Assembly (NCBI GenBank): GCA_963798845.1
Contig: CAWCUS010000001.1
Location: 160,001-224,000 of the forward strand
Source: an uncultured Gemmatimonadales bacterium
Lineage (GTDB): Bacteria; Gemmatimonadota; Gemmatimonadetes; Longimicrobiales; RSA9
Length of the DNA stretch: 64,000 bases
Direction: 5' to 3'
Both the position numbers and the translations under genes were made by a program. Position 1 is the first letter of the stretch. Each line of letters begins with the position of its first letter. The notes under the pieces were generated by a model. The model was not told where the DNA came from and did not search any database. It saw nothing but the letters and a program-made list of their open reading frames with translations. Positions 39,561 to 49,602 of this stretch are shown one piece after another.

Positions 39561-40307
39561 ATGAAGAACACCAACGGAACTCCCCTCGCCCTGGACGAGC
39601 TCAGCTGGATCGACGTCGCGGCCCACCTCGCCCGCGACCCCCGGCTCATCATTCCCGTCGGCGCCCTCGAGCAGCACGGGCCACACCTGCCCCTCGGCAG
39701 CAATGTCGTCATCGCCAGGCAGTTCGCGCTCGATCTGTCCGAGGAATTCGAGGTGCTACGCGCTCCCACGTTCGCCTACGGCGTCAATGTACGGACCGAG
39801 CGCGCGTACGCAGGAACCGCGTCGCTCGGCGGCAAGACCCTGCACCGCGCCATCAATGAGCTGCTCGATGCATGGGAAACGCACGGCATCACGGAGTTTA
39901 TCCTCATCACGGCTCACCGGCACGACCCGCACCTCGATGCGCTGGCCACGCTCGTCACTACCGACGCCCGCGTCCGCGTCGTCGACATCTGGGACGTCCC
40001 CATCCACGACCTCCTCGAAGGTCAGGAGACCGCCGAGCACGCCGGCGAGGCCGAGACCTCCCTCATGCTCCACATCCACCCCGAGCTCGTCCGGATGGAC
40101 CGGGCTCGCGATTTCGAGCTCTCCCCCGAGCAGTTCCGCCGCTACATGCGCGGTGGCATGCCCGCGCCTCCTGCCGGCGGCACCGGGTGCGTCGGCCGAC
40201 CCACCCTCGCCTCCGCCGAAAAGGGCGCCCGCATCTATCTGCGCATCCTCGACGCCATCCGTCGCGCTGTCTTCGTTACCCCCGACCAGGGAACGGACAC
40301 CCTCTGA
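39561..40307 (+). CDS. Creatininase/amidohydrolase family protein
   Basis: PVGALEQHGPHLP, HAGEAETS, AS.EKG. Confidence 0.9.
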   Translation: MKNTNGTPLALDELSWIDVAAHLARDPRLIIPVGALEQHGPHLPLGSNVVIARQFALDLSEEFEVLRAPTFAYGVNVRTERAYAGTASLGGKTLHRAINELLDAWETHGITEFILITAHRHDPHLDALATLVTTDARVRVVDIWDVPIHDLLEGQETAEHAGEAETSLMLHIHPELVRMDRARDFELSPEQFRRYMRGGMPAPPAGGTGCVGRPTLASAEKGARIYLRILDAIRRAVFVTPDQGTDTL

Positions 40308-40383
40308 GCGAATCCCGTCTCCGCCCCCGAACTCTCCGCCGCGGACGGGGTATCCTGAGCAGAACCAAAATGGAGAATCGCCG

Positions 40384-41070
40384 ATGATCGCTCGCATGTC
40401 CGCTGCCATCGCCCTCGCGCTCCTCGCTGCGACTGGCAACGCCCAGGCCCAGAGCCAGACCATCGACCAGGGCAGCTTCCGCCTCCTCGTGCGCGGCCAG
40501 CCCGTGGGCACCGAGACCTTCACCATCCAGCGCAAGGGCGAAGGCCCCTCCAGCGTGGTCGTGGCACAGGGACGCGTCGCTCTCGACAATGGCGACGAGA
40601 CCCGAATCCTCCTCCAGACCGACGGCCCCGACCTGCGCCCTGCCGGCTACCAGATCGAGGTCACCGGTGCCGACAAGCAGAGCATCCGCGGTCAGGTCGC
40701 AGGCAACCGGTTCCGCGCCCAGATCGTCTCCAGCGCCGGCGAGATGATGCGCGAGTATCTCACCAGCGACGGTGCCGTCATCATCGACGACGACGTGGCA
40801 CACCAGTACTACTTCCTCTCCCCCCACCTCCAGAACGGCGCCCGCGTTCCCATCATCATTCCCAGGGAAAGCAGGCAGATCTCCGCCACGATCGCCGCAG
40901 ACGGCAACGATTCCGTCGAGATCGACGGCCACCAGGTCTCCGCCCGCAAGTTCACCGTGACTCCCGCGGGCATGCCGGCGCGCACCATCTGGTTCGACGG
41001 ACAGGGCCGCGTCCTTCGCCTCAGCGTCCCCGGCCAGAACTTCGTCGCCGAGCGCACCGCGCTCCCGTGA
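40384..41070 (+). CDS. Secreted beta-rich hypothetical protein
   Basis: Sec signal (AQA), alternating beta pattern, W.D..GRVLR; GGAG RBS; TATCCT at 40351. Confidence 0.75.
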   Translation: MIARMSAAIALALLAATGNAQAQSQTIDQGSFRLLVRGQPVGTETFTIQRKGEGPSSVVVAQGRVALDNGDETRILLQTDGPDLRPAGYQIEVTGADKQSIRGQVAGNRFRAQIVSSAGEMMREYLTSDGAVIIDDDVAHQYYFLSPHLQNGARVPIIIPRESRQISATIAADGNDSVEIDGHQVSARKFTVTPAGMPARTIWFDGQGRVLRLSVPGQNFVAERTALP

Positions 41071-41112
41071 CTCCCGGTCATGGCACAGTGGGCGGAGCGG
41101 CCCGTGGGACCG

Positions 41113-41159
41113 TTGACAGGTTCTGAACTCTGGTGTATTAGTACGCCAACACACCGGAG
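41113..41159 (+). promoter_or_regulatory. Promoter with overlapping palindromic operator (YtrA/GntR-like)
   Basis: TTGACA at 41113; CTCTGGTGT-ATTAGTACGCCAAC-ACACCGGAG inverted repeat over the -10 region. Confidence 0.55.
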
Positions 41160-41250
41160 CCCTCATGCCCCTGACGTCCCGAAACAAACTGCGAGGCCGG
41201 TGCGTACGGGGGGCGGGTCGCAGTCGAAACACACTCGGATTCGAACCACC

Positions 41251-42744
41251 ATGAACAGATTTGCCGCACTCCTCCTCCTGGGGCTCGCCGTTCATCCGGC
41301 GGTGGCCCAGGAGGCGCCGGCCACGCTCAGCCTCGAGGATGCGATTGCGCTGGCGCGGGAGAACAACCCGGACTACCAGGCTCGCCTGAACGACGAGGGG
41401 GTGGCGGACTGGGGCGTGCGCGCTGCGTATGGAAGCCTGCTCCCATCGGCGTCGGTGAGCGGGGGGCTCAGCTATCAGGGCGGGGGGCAGGCGCGTATCG
41501 GGGGGTATACCACCAGCGACATCGGGCTGGGCACGACGCCGGCCTACTATTACTCGAGCTATTCGGTGGGAGTCAGCCTGGCTCTGTCGGGGGCGGACCT
41601 GTACCGGCTGAAGCAGCAGCGGCAGTCGCGCGCGGCTGTGGTGGCGGGGCTGGAAGCGGCGGGTCTGACGCTGGAGTCCCAGGTGACGCAGCAGTACCTG
41701 GCTGCGCTGCGGGCGAGGGACGGGGTGGAGCTGGCGAAGGCGCAGCTCCAGCGCGCCGAAGCGAACCAGGAGCTGGCGGACGCGCGCTATGCGGCGGAAG
41801 CGGCCACGGTGATCGAGGCGAAGCAGGCCGAGGTGGAGCGGGGCCGGGCCGAGGTGGAGGTGGTGCGGGCGCAGGCGGCGATGGAGACGGAGAAGCTCCG
41901 GCTGCTGACGCTGGTGGGGGTGGACGTGGACCGTGATGTCCGCCTGACCACCGACGTGAAGGTGTTCGAGCCGAAGTGGGACGTTCAGACGCTGATCAGC
42001 GCCGCGCTGGGGGGGCACCCGGACCTGGCGGCCGCGAAAGCCTCGCTCGCGTCGGCGAACGCGGGGATCGGCATGGCGAAGAGTGCGTACTGGCCGCGGC
42101 TGTCCCTGTCGACGGGCCTGTCCGGATATACGCGCCGGGTGGGCAGCGACGCATATCTGCTGGACCAGGCGGAGCAGTCGATGGTGAACGCCCGCGACCA
42201 GTGTGCGCTCACGAACGACATCCTGGGCCGCCTCAGCCCGCCGCTGCCGGCGCAGGACTGCAGCCAGCTCAGGCTGACGGACGAGGACCGGGCGCAGATC
42301 CTCGACCAGAACCGGCAGTTCCCGTTCAACTTCGCGTCGGAGCCGGTGTCGGTGTCACTGGGAATCTCGCTCCCCATCTTCCAGGGGCTGTCGCGGCAGC
42401 AGCAGCTCGAGACGGCGCACGCGCAGGCCGAGGACGCGCGCCTCCAGGTTCGTTCGGAGGAGCTGCGAGTGCGCTCCCAGGTGGAGATCGCCTATCGCAC
42501 GTTGCAGGCCGCGTACAAGGCGGAGAAGCTGGAACAGCGGAACCGGTCGCTCGCCGACGACCAGCTGAAGCTGGCGCGCGAGCAGTATCGTGTCGGCACG
42601 ACGTCGTTCGTGGACCTGATGGAAGCCGAGGCCTTGAAGGCGAACGCGGACCGCGCGTATCTGCTGGCGGTGTATTCATTCCAGGAAACGCTCGCGGCGC
42701 TCGAAGCCGCCGTGGGCCAGCACCTGTCGATCCCCGAGAACTGA
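41251..42744 (+). CDS. TolC-family outer membrane protein
   Basis: Signal peptide, LSLEDAIALARENNP, two OEP repeats. Confidence 0.92.
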   Translation: MNRFAALLLLGLAVHPAVAQEAPATLSLEDAIALARENNPDYQARLNDEGVADWGVRAAYGSLLPSASVSGGLSYQGGGQARIGGYTTSDIGLGTTPAYYYSSYSVGVSLALSGADLYRLKQQRQSRAAVVAGLEAAGLTLESQVTQQYLAALRARDGVELAKAQLQRAEANQELADARYAAEAATVIEAKQAEVERGRAEVEVVRAQAAMETEKLRLLTLVGVDVDRDVRLTTDVKVFEPKWDVQTLISAALGGHPDLAAAKASLASANAGIGMAKSAYWPRLSLSTGLSGYTRRVGSDAYLLDQAEQSMVNARDQCALTNDILGRLSPPLPAQDCSQLRLTDEDRAQILDQNRQFPFNFASEPVSVSLGISLPIFQGLSRQQQLETAHAQAEDARLQVRSEELRVRSQVEIAYRTLQAAYKAEKLEQRNRSLADDQLKLAREQYRVGTTSFVDLMEAEALKANADRAYLLAVYSFQETLAALEAAVGQHLSIPEN

Positions 42745-42753
42745 AGTGACAGC

Positions 42754-44058
42754 ATGAAACGAAAGACGAAGGTGATACTGGGCATTGGCACGCTCGTCGT
42801 GCTGACGGGAGCGGGGATCGCCGGCGTCCGAGGCGGCGGCGAGAGCGGGGTGGCGATCCGCACGGCCGCGGTGGAGCAGAAGGACCTGGAAGCGGTGGTG
42901 CGCGCCAGCGGGTGGATCCAGCCGCACGTGGCGGTGGATGTCCAGTCCGACATCATGGGACGGGTCACGGCCCTGTACGTGAAGGAAGGGGACACCGTGG
43001 AGAAGGGCCAGATCCTCCTCCGGATCGATCCCACCCAGTACGAGGCGGCCGTGGCGCGGGCCGAGGCCGGGGTGAGCGAAGCGCTGGCACGCGAGGCGCA
43101 GGCGCGTGCGTCGCGGCTCCAGGCGGAGCAGGCGCTCAAGCGCGCCCGTGAGATCCGGAACACCGATTCGCTGCTGATCAGTCCGCAACAGTTCGAGGAC
43201 GCCGAGACGCAGTCAGAGGTCCAGCGGGCGCTCTACGAAGCAGCGCAGCACGGGGTGGACATCTCGCGCGCGGCTTTGCGGGAGTCGCAGGATCAGCTGG
43301 CCAAATCCGTGATCCGCGCACCCATCGACGGGGTCGTGACGCGCCTCAACATCGAGGAGGGCGAGACCGCGATCGTCGGGACCATGAACAACCCGGGTAG
43401 CCTGCTCCTGACCGTCAGTGACCTGTCCGCGATGGAGGCAGTGGTGCGGGTGGACGAGACCGATGTGCCGTCGATCTCGCTGGGAGACAGCGCCACGATC
43501 TCCATCGACGCGTTTCCGCGCCGCAGGTTCACGGGCCGTGTCACCGAGGTCAGCCACAGCTCGACGCTGCCGCCGGACAGCCGAGGCGTGAATCAGCAGC
43601 AGTCGCAGGCCGTGGACTTCGAGGTCGTGATCACGCTGGACGAGCCGCCGATGGGAATCCGGCCCGACCTGTCGGCTACGGCCGAGGTGGTCACGGCGCG
43701 GCGTCCGGACGCGCTGGCCATTCCGATCATCGCCCTGACGGTGCGTGAGCGGAAGGACGTGGAGAAGCTGGACACGGAGCTCTCCGAGGAGCAGAAGGCG
43801 GCCCTGAACGAGATGACGGACGCCGACCAGCAGGACGTGGAGGGCGTGTTCGTCATACGCGATGGAAAGGCGCGCTTCACGATCGTGGACATCGGGATCA
43901 CGGGCCGGGAGGACTTCGAGGTCCTTCGGGGGCTGACGCCCGCCGACACGGTGGTCGCCGGGCCGTACGAGGCCGTCCGGAAACTGAACAATGGCGACGC
44001 GGTGCGCGTCCTACCTACGGCCGAAGAGTCCGGCCCGGAGACCTCGAAAGCGGAGTAG
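42754..44058 (+). CDS. MacA-like periplasmic adaptor
   Basis: [38 protein letters not shown]. Confidence 0.93.
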   Translation: MKRKTKVILGIGTLVVLTGAGIAGVRGGGESGVAIRTAAVEQKDLEAVVRASGWIQPHVAVDVQSDIMGRVTALYVKEGDTVEKGQILLRIDPTQYEAAVARAEAGVSEALAREAQARASRLQAEQALKRAREIRNTDSLLISPQQFEDAETQSEVQRALYEAAQHGVDISRAALRESQDQLAKSVIRAPIDGVVTRLNIEEGETAIVGTMNNPGSLLLTVSDLSAMEAVVRVDETDVPSISLGDSATISIDAFPRRRFTGRVTEVSHSSTLPPDSRGVNQQQSQAVDFEVVITLDEPPMGIRPDLSATAEVVTARRPDALAIPIIALTVRERKDVEKLDTELSEEQKAALNEMTDADQQDVEGVFVIRDGKARFTIVDIGITGREDFEVLRGLTPADTVVAGPYEAVRKLNNGDAVRVLPTAEESGPETSKAE

Positions 44059-44065
44059 CGCGAAC

Positions 44066-44773
44066 ATGGAAGAGCGGACGGTCATCCGCACGGTCGGATT
44101 GACGAAGGACTACGTCCTCGGTGCGGAGACGGTGCACGCGCTGCGGGGCGTGGATCTGGACGTTGAGCGGAACGACTACGTGGCCATCATGGGGCCATCG
44201 GGCTCCGGCAAGTCCACGTTCATGAACCTGATCGGGTGCCTGGATACGCCCACGTCCGGGGAGTACTGGCTGAACGGGACAACCGTGAGCCGCATGGATG
44301 ACGATGAGCTTGCTGCGATCCGCAACCGCGAGATCGGCTTTGTCTTCCAGACCTTCAACCTTCTGCCGCGGGCCTCTGCGCTGCACAACGTGGAGCTCCC
44401 GCTGATCTATGGAGGCGCCGCGGCGCGGGAGCGGCGCGAGCGGGCGGAGCACGTGCTGGACCGGGTGGGGCTGGCCGACCGCATGGACCACCGTCCAGCG
44501 GAGCTCTCGGGCGGCCAGCGCCAGCGTGTGGCCGTGGCCCGGGCGCTGGTGAACGATCCTGCGATCCTGCTGGCCGACGAGCCCACCGGGAACCTGGACA
44601 CCCACACGGGCGAGGAGATCATGGCCCTGTTCGAGGAGCTCTACGAAGCCGGCCAGACCATCCTCCTGGTCACCCACGAGCACGACATCGCCAAGCACGC
44701 GCGCCGGACCATCACGCTCCGTGATGGCGTGGTCGAGAGCGACAGCCGGAGCCGGACGGTGGTAGGCGCGTGA
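44066..44773 (+). CDS. ABC transporter ATP-binding protein (MacB/LolD-type)
   Basis: [41 protein letters not shown]. Confidence 0.96.
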   Translation: MEERTVIRTVGLTKDYVLGAETVHALRGVDLDVERNDYVAIMGPSGSGKSTFMNLIGCLDTPTSGEYWLNGTTVSRMDDDELAAIRNREIGFVFQTFNLLPRASALHNVELPLIYGGAAARERRERAEHVLDRVGLADRMDHRPAELSGGQRQRVAVARALVNDPAILLADEPTGNLDTHTGEEIMALFEELYEAGQTILLVTHEHDIAKHARRTITLRDGVVESDSRSRTVVGA

Positions 44774-46011
44774 GGCCCCGCGAAGCCATCCGCCTCGCCC
44801 TCGCGCAGATCCGCGCTCAGAAGCTGAAAAGCTTCTTCAGCGTGGTGGGGGTCATCATCGGTGTCATGTTCCTGATCGCGGTGATCAGCATCGTGGAGGG
44901 CATGAACCGGTACATGGAGGAGGACTTCGCGAAGACGATCTTCGGGCTCAACACGCTGACCGTCAGCCGCACGCCGTCGGTGCAGATGAACACCAGCCGT
45001 GAGCTGTGGCGCGAATGGATGCGGCGCCCCCGACTCCGGCTGGACGACGCCGAGGCCGTCCGGGAGGCTCTCGAGATCCCCTCGCTCGTCGCGGTCGAAA
45101 GCCAGAGCGGCGGTCGAGCCCGATCCGAGCGCGGCGAGGAGGTGGATGGGGTCTGGCTGACCGCGGCCTCCGCCGACTACTTCCGGATCCGGGAGATGGA
45201 GGTGGACCGGGGCCGGCTGTTCGGCCCCCTCGAGGACCAGTCAGGCGTCCCGGTCGTCGTGGTGGGATCGGAGACCGCGGACAAGCTCTTCGGAGCGCTC
45301 GATCCACTCGGCCGGACGGTACGTATCAACAACGTCGCCTTCCAGGTGATCGGCGTGCTGAAGTCGCAGGGAAGCCTGTTCGGCATGTCGCTGGACAACC
45401 GTGCGATCGCACCGTCGCGCTCCGCCATGGCACGATTGACGAACCCTCACGGCGTGGTCGACAACATCCTGGTCAAGACGAATGATCCGGCCGCGCTGCA
45501 GGCTGCCCGGTCCGGTGTCGAGGCGATCATGCGCGTTCGCCACCGCCTGCGTCCCGGTGACGACGACGACTTCGAGATCGAGACCAAGGATGAGTCGATG
45601 CAGTTCTGGCAGAAGCTCAGCCGCATCCTTTTCATTGCGTTCCCGGCGCTGGTGGGGATCGCGCTCGTGGTGGGTGGGATGGTGATCATGAACATCATGC
45701 TCATGTCGGTCGTGGAACGGACCCGCGAGATCGGCATGCGCAAGGCCGTGGGCGCACGCCGGCGCGACATCCTGCTCCAGATCCTCGTGGAATCCGCCAC
45801 CCTGTCCTTCACGGGTGCGGCCATCGGAATCGGGCTCGGGCTGGCCCTGGCGAAGATCGTCGAAGCGGTCTCACCCATGCCGGCGGCGGTGGGAGTTCGC
45901 TGGCTCGTGATCGCGGCCACAATGGGCGTGGTGGTAGGGGTGGTGGCGGGCCTGTACCCGGCATCCCGCGCGGCCAAGCTCGACCCGGTCGTAGCACTGA
46001 GGGCGGAATAG
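44770..46011 (+). CDS. MacB-like ABC permease
   Basis: [34 protein letters not shown]. Confidence 0.95.
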   Translation: MRPREAIRLALAQIRAQKLKSFFSVVGVIIGVMFLIAVISIVEGMNRYMEEDFAKTIFGLNTLTVSRTPSVQMNTSRELWREWMRRPRLRLDDAEAVREALEIPSLVAVESQSGGRARSERGEEVDGVWLTAASADYFRIREMEVDRGRLFGPLEDQSGVPVVVVGSETADKLFGALDPLGRTVRINNVAFQVIGVLKSQGSLFGMSLDNRAIAPSRSAMARLTNPHGVVDNILVKTNDPAALQAARSGVEAIMRVRHRLRPGDDDDFEIETKDESMQFWQKLSRILFIAFPALVGIALVVGGMVIMNIMLMSVVERTREIGMRKAVGARRRDILLQILVESATLSFTGAAIGIGLGLALAKIVEAVSPMPAAVGVRWLVIAATMGVVVGVVAGLYPASRAAKLDPVVALRAE

Positions 46012-46012
46012 C

Positions 46013-47263
46013 ATGCGGGTTCTCGGGGCGGTGGAACGGATCCGGGAGGCGGTCTTCATCGCCCTCGAGCAGCTGCGGGCCAACAAGTTCCGCTCGGCCA
46101 TGACGATTCTCGGGATCGTGGTGGGCGTGGCCACGGTGATGACCATGAGTGCGGCCATCGCGGGAATCCGCGGCGAGGCCATGGCCGGGATCGAGGCCGC
46201 GGGGCCGAAGAACTTCATCGTGGGCCGCTACAACTTCGTCGAGATCCAGATCAACGAGCACGGCCCGCCCTGGGGCGACAATCCCAAGGTGACGGCGCGG
46301 GAGGCCGAGCGGCTTCGTCAGCTGTCCCACGTCCGCACGGCCGTAGTCGAGGTCGTGAACGGCAGCGGCAGCATCAGCGGACCGCACGGCGGCGATCCGG
46401 TGAACGCTGCCATCGCGGGAGAGAGCGAGGGCTGGGACGAGTTCACGATCGGGACGTTCACGGCCGGGCACAACTTCCTCCGCTCGGACGTGACGGCGAA
46501 CCGGGCCGTGGTGGTGCTGACGAAGAAGCTCAGCGAGAGCCTGTTCGGCTCTCTGGATCCGATCGGGCGCATGGTCCGGATCGAGGGGTGGCCGTTCACG
46601 GTCATCGGCGTCTACGAGCGCGAGGGGAACATCTTCGGCGACGAAGCCGGCGAGTTCGCCGCGGTCCCGTACACGGCGGCGCTGAAGCAGCTGAAATTCT
46701 GGGATGGCATGCTGCGGGCGCTGGTGGTCACGGCGGACGGATCGACGCAGGCCGAAGCCATGGACGAGGTGATCGGAACGATGCGCGGCATGCGCGGCCT
46801 CCGCCCGGGCGACCCGAACAACTTCGCAGTGATCCGCCAGCAGCAGGTCCTGGACACGTTCAACAAGATCACCGGCGTCTTCTTCATTGTGATGATCGGT
46901 CTTTCTTCCGTGGCCCTGCTGGTGGGCGGCGTGGGGGTGATCGCCATCATGATGATCTCGGTCACGGAGCGAACGCGGGAGATCGGGGTGCGCAAGGCGC
47001 TGGGCGCGCGTCGTCGCGAAATCCTGTGGCAGTTCCTCTTCGAGGCGTCCACGCTCACGGTGGTGGGGGCCACCGTGGGGATGGTCCTGGGCGGGATCGC
47101 GGCCTGGCTGATCAAGACGCTGACGCCGATTCCGGCCGAGGTCCAGCCCGGCGCGGTCATCGCCGCTCTCGTCATGGCAGCCATCGCAGGCGTCTTCTTC
47201 GGCCTCTTCCCTGCCTGGCGAGCTTCTCGGCTCGACCCCGTGGTCGCGCTCCGCTACGAGTGA
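46013..47263 (+). CDS. MacB-like ABC permease
   Basis: [42 protein letters not shown]. Confidence 0.95.
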   Translation: MRVLGAVERIREAVFIALEQLRANKFRSAMTILGIVVGVATVMTMSAAIAGIRGEAMAGIEAAGPKNFIVGRYNFVEIQINEHGPPWGDNPKVTAREAERLRQLSHVRTAVVEVVNGSGSISGPHGGDPVNAAIAGESEGWDEFTIGTFTAGHNFLRSDVTANRAVVVLTKKLSESLFGSLDPIGRMVRIEGWPFTVIGVYEREGNIFGDEAGEFAAVPYTAALKQLKFWDGMLRALVVTADGSTQAEAMDEVIGTMRGMRGLRPGDPNNFAVIRQQQVLDTFNKITGVFFIVMIGLSSVALLVGGVGVIAIMMISVTERTREIGVRKALGARRREILWQFLFEASTLTVVGATVGMVLGGIAAWLIKTLTPIPAEVQPGAVIAALVMAAIAGVFFGLFPAWRASRLDPVVALRYE

Positions 47264-47985
47264 TGGAGCCGCTCGATCTCCTGGCCCTCGTCGCCCATCC
47301 GGACGACGCCGAGCTGCTGTGCGGCGGTGCGCTCATCCGTGCCGCCGACGCCGGGCACCGCACCGGTGTCCTGGACCTGACGGGCGGAGAGACGGGCAGC
47401 TCCGGCAGCGCCGACCTCCGCGCGCGAGAGGCCGAACGCGCGAGCGAGATCCTCGGTTTGTCGGTCCGGCGGACCGCCGGACTCCCCGACGGAGCGCTGG
47501 AGAACTCGCCCGCCGCGCGTCAGAGCGTGGCCGCGATCCTGCGCGAGCTGCGCCCCGACACGGTCATCCTCATGTGGCCGGAAGGGCGGCACCCGGACCA
47601 CCGCGCGGCGAGCGGGCTCGGCTGGGACGCGAGCTTCGTGGCCGGTCTTCGCAACGCGGACATCCCGGGCTCCCCGTTCCGCCCGCGCAAAGTGCTGTAC
47701 GCGATGGCCTACCGCGAGCACACGCCACGCCCCACCGTGGTCCTGGATATCTCCGCGGTGATGGAGCGGAAGCTGGACGCGATCTTCGCCTACGGCTCGC
47801 AGTTCGAGGGGCGGCGCGGGATGGGCGAGGTCTACCCGGCGGGCCAACGCGATCTGAAGGAGCAGATCCGGGTGCACGCCGCCTACTACGGTGGGCTGAT
47901 CCGAAAGGAGTACGGGGAGCCGTTCTGGACCAGGGAGACCGTGGCGGTGGATGACGTGGCGGGGCTCGCAGTCGCTTCCTTCTGA
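47263..47985 (+). CDS. bshB1: PIG-L family deacetylase, BshB1-like
   Basis: AHPDDAEL.CGG, DLT.GETGS.G, HPDH, SQF, YGEPF; TGATG overlap with the permease. Confidence 0.8.
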   Translation: MEPLDLLALVAHPDDAELLCGGALIRAADAGHRTGVLDLTGGETGSSGSADLRAREAERASEILGLSVRRTAGLPDGALENSPAARQSVAAILRELRPDTVILMWPEGRHPDHRAASGLGWDASFVAGLRNADIPGSPFRPRKVLYAMAYREHTPRPTVVLDISAVMERKLDAIFAYGSQFEGRRGMGEVYPAGQRDLKEQIRVHAAYYGGLIRKEYGEPFWTRETVAVDDVAGLAVASF

Positions 47986-47996
47986 GGTCGTACGGC

Positions 47997-48338
47997 TCAG
48001 CCGCAGCGCACCTCGAGCAGCAAGCGCCGCCAGCTCGGGACATCCTGCCCCGAAACCCGCACCGCACGCGCCTTCGCCGAGCCCCCCCTGAGCAGCCATG
48101 GACCGAGCCAGAACTCGATCTCCGGCGGCAGGTGCCCGATCACGTCACCGCCGGCGCAATGCACCCAGACGCCGGGTTCGTCGTCCACCGGGGGGCCAGG
48201 AAGCAGAACGAGCTCATCCCCTTCGCGCAGCCCGTCCACGCGGGAGAAACGGTCGCCGAAAACCGTCCCATGGACGGTGGCGAAGAAATGCGCCGGGCGC
48301 TCCGGTGGCAAAGCCGGTGGGGTTCTGCGGTATCTCAC
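47997..48338 (-). CDS. Stand-alone HIRAN-domain protein
   Basis: F...V.G...L..GDEL.L...D...V.V...IGHLP; GTG 48338 preceded by TATATT (likely leaderless). Confidence 0.7.
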   Translation of the reverse strand: MRYRRTPPALPPERPAHFFATVHGTVFGDRFSRVDGLREGDELVLLPGPPVDDEPGVWVHCAGGDVIGHLPPEIEFWLGPWLLRGGSAKARAVRVSGQDVPSWRRLLLEVRCG

Positions 48339-48459
48339 TGTTAGGAATATAGGGAACCGGCACCAGATATCCACGCCCGGCTCCGGGCCCACGGCGACAC
48401 CGCCGGCCTGCGGGTGACGACGCCGAAACCTACGGATCGGCGAGGGTTATTACGTTCCC

Positions 48460-49602
48460 ATGACCGAACCGCTGCTCTACCTCGACCACGCCGCGACCAC
48501 GCCGCTGAGACCGGAAGCCCGGGCGGCGATGGAGCCATTTCTGTCGGACCATTTCGCCAACCCGTCGAGCTCTCACGCTCCAGGACGGGCGGCGCGAGCG
48601 GCGTTGGAAGAGGCGCGCGAACGCGTGGCCGGGCTGCTGGGCGCCAGCGCGGACGAGGTCGTGTTCACGGGCGGCGGGACGGAAGCCGACAACCTCGCCG
48701 TCCTCGGCCGCTGGCGTGCCGGTGGTCGTGGCGTGGCGCTGTCGGGGGTGGAGCACAGCGCCGTGCGGGCGTCGGCCGCGCAGGCGGCCCGCGAAGGAGC
48801 CTCCACCTGTACGGTTGCCGTGGACGAGGACGGCCGCCTCGATGTCGCCGCGCTGGAGGAGGCGCTCGAAGAGCCTCTGTCCGTGGTTTCGGTCATGTGG
48901 GGGAACAACGAGGTGGGTGCACTGCAGCCGGTGGAACGCGTGGCGGCGCTGTGCCGGGAACGGGGCGTGGTATTCCACACCGACGCCGTGCAGGCCGTGG
49001 GGCACGTGCCCGTCTCGGTGTCGGACGTCCCGGTGGACCTGCTCGCGCTGACCGCCCACAAGTTCGGCGGCCCGCGGGGCACGGGCGTGCTCTTCATCCG
49101 GCGCGGGGTCGAGCTGGAGCCGGTGCTCCACGGCGGAGGTCAGGAGGGCGGCCTGCGGCCCGGTACATCCAACGTGGCCGGCGCCGTCGGGCTGGCCGCG
49201 GCCCTGGAGCGGGCGAGCGCGGAGCTGGCCCATGAAGCCGTCCGCCTGCGCGGGCTTCGGGACGTGTTGGAGAGCCGGATCGCCGCACGGGTCCCCGGTG
49301 TGTCGGTCAACGCCGCGGGGACCGAGCGCCTGCCGCACATCACCAGCCTTGCCGTTTCCGCCGCGGCAGCCGACGTCCTGATGGCATCGCTCGATCTTGC
49401 GGGCGTGGCGGCATTGGCGGGGTCGGCGTGCCACAGCGGCAGCGCGGCGCCCAGCCACGTGCTGGTGGCGATGGGCCGCAACCCGGAGGCGGTCGTCCGC
49501 CTTTCGCTAGGCTGGACCACGACGGAGCGGGACGTGGAGCGGGCCATCGGGATCGTCGCGGACGCGATGGAGCGCGCGCGGACCGTGGGTGCGCCGGCGT
49601 GA
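48460..49602 (+). CDS. iscS: Cysteine desulfurase (IscS/NifS class)
   Basis: YLDHAATTP, NNEVG, HTDAVQA, AHKFGGP, GGGQE..LRPGT.N, GSAC. Confidence 0.9.
   Translation: MTEPLLYLDHAATTPLRPEARAAMEPFLSDHFANPSSSHAPGRAARAALEEARERVAGLLGASADEVVFTGGGTEADNLAVLGRWRAGGRGVALSGVEHSAVRASAAQAAREGASTCTVAVDEDGRLDVAALEEALEEPLSVVSVMWGNNEVGALQPVERVAALCRERGVVFHTDAVQAVGHVPVSVSDVPVDLLALTAHKFGGPRGTGVLFIRRGVELEPVLHGGGQEGGLRPGTSNVAGAVGLAAALERASAELAHEAVRLRGLRDVLESRIAARVPGVSVNAAGTERLPHITSLAVSAAAADVLMASLDLAGVAALAGSACHSGSAAPSHVLVAMGRNPEAVVRLSLGWTTTERDVERAIGIVADAMERARTVGAPA

Noticed and set aside
41124..41151. Possible dif site at the skew flip
   Set aside because: Only a weak XerD-arm resemblance, no XerC arm, and the skew polarity is origin-like; an operator palindrome explains it better
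41237..41247. GGTTCGAATCC tRNA T-loop motif on the minus strand
   Set aside because: No T-stem, acceptor stem or cloverleaf; abuts the tolC start codon
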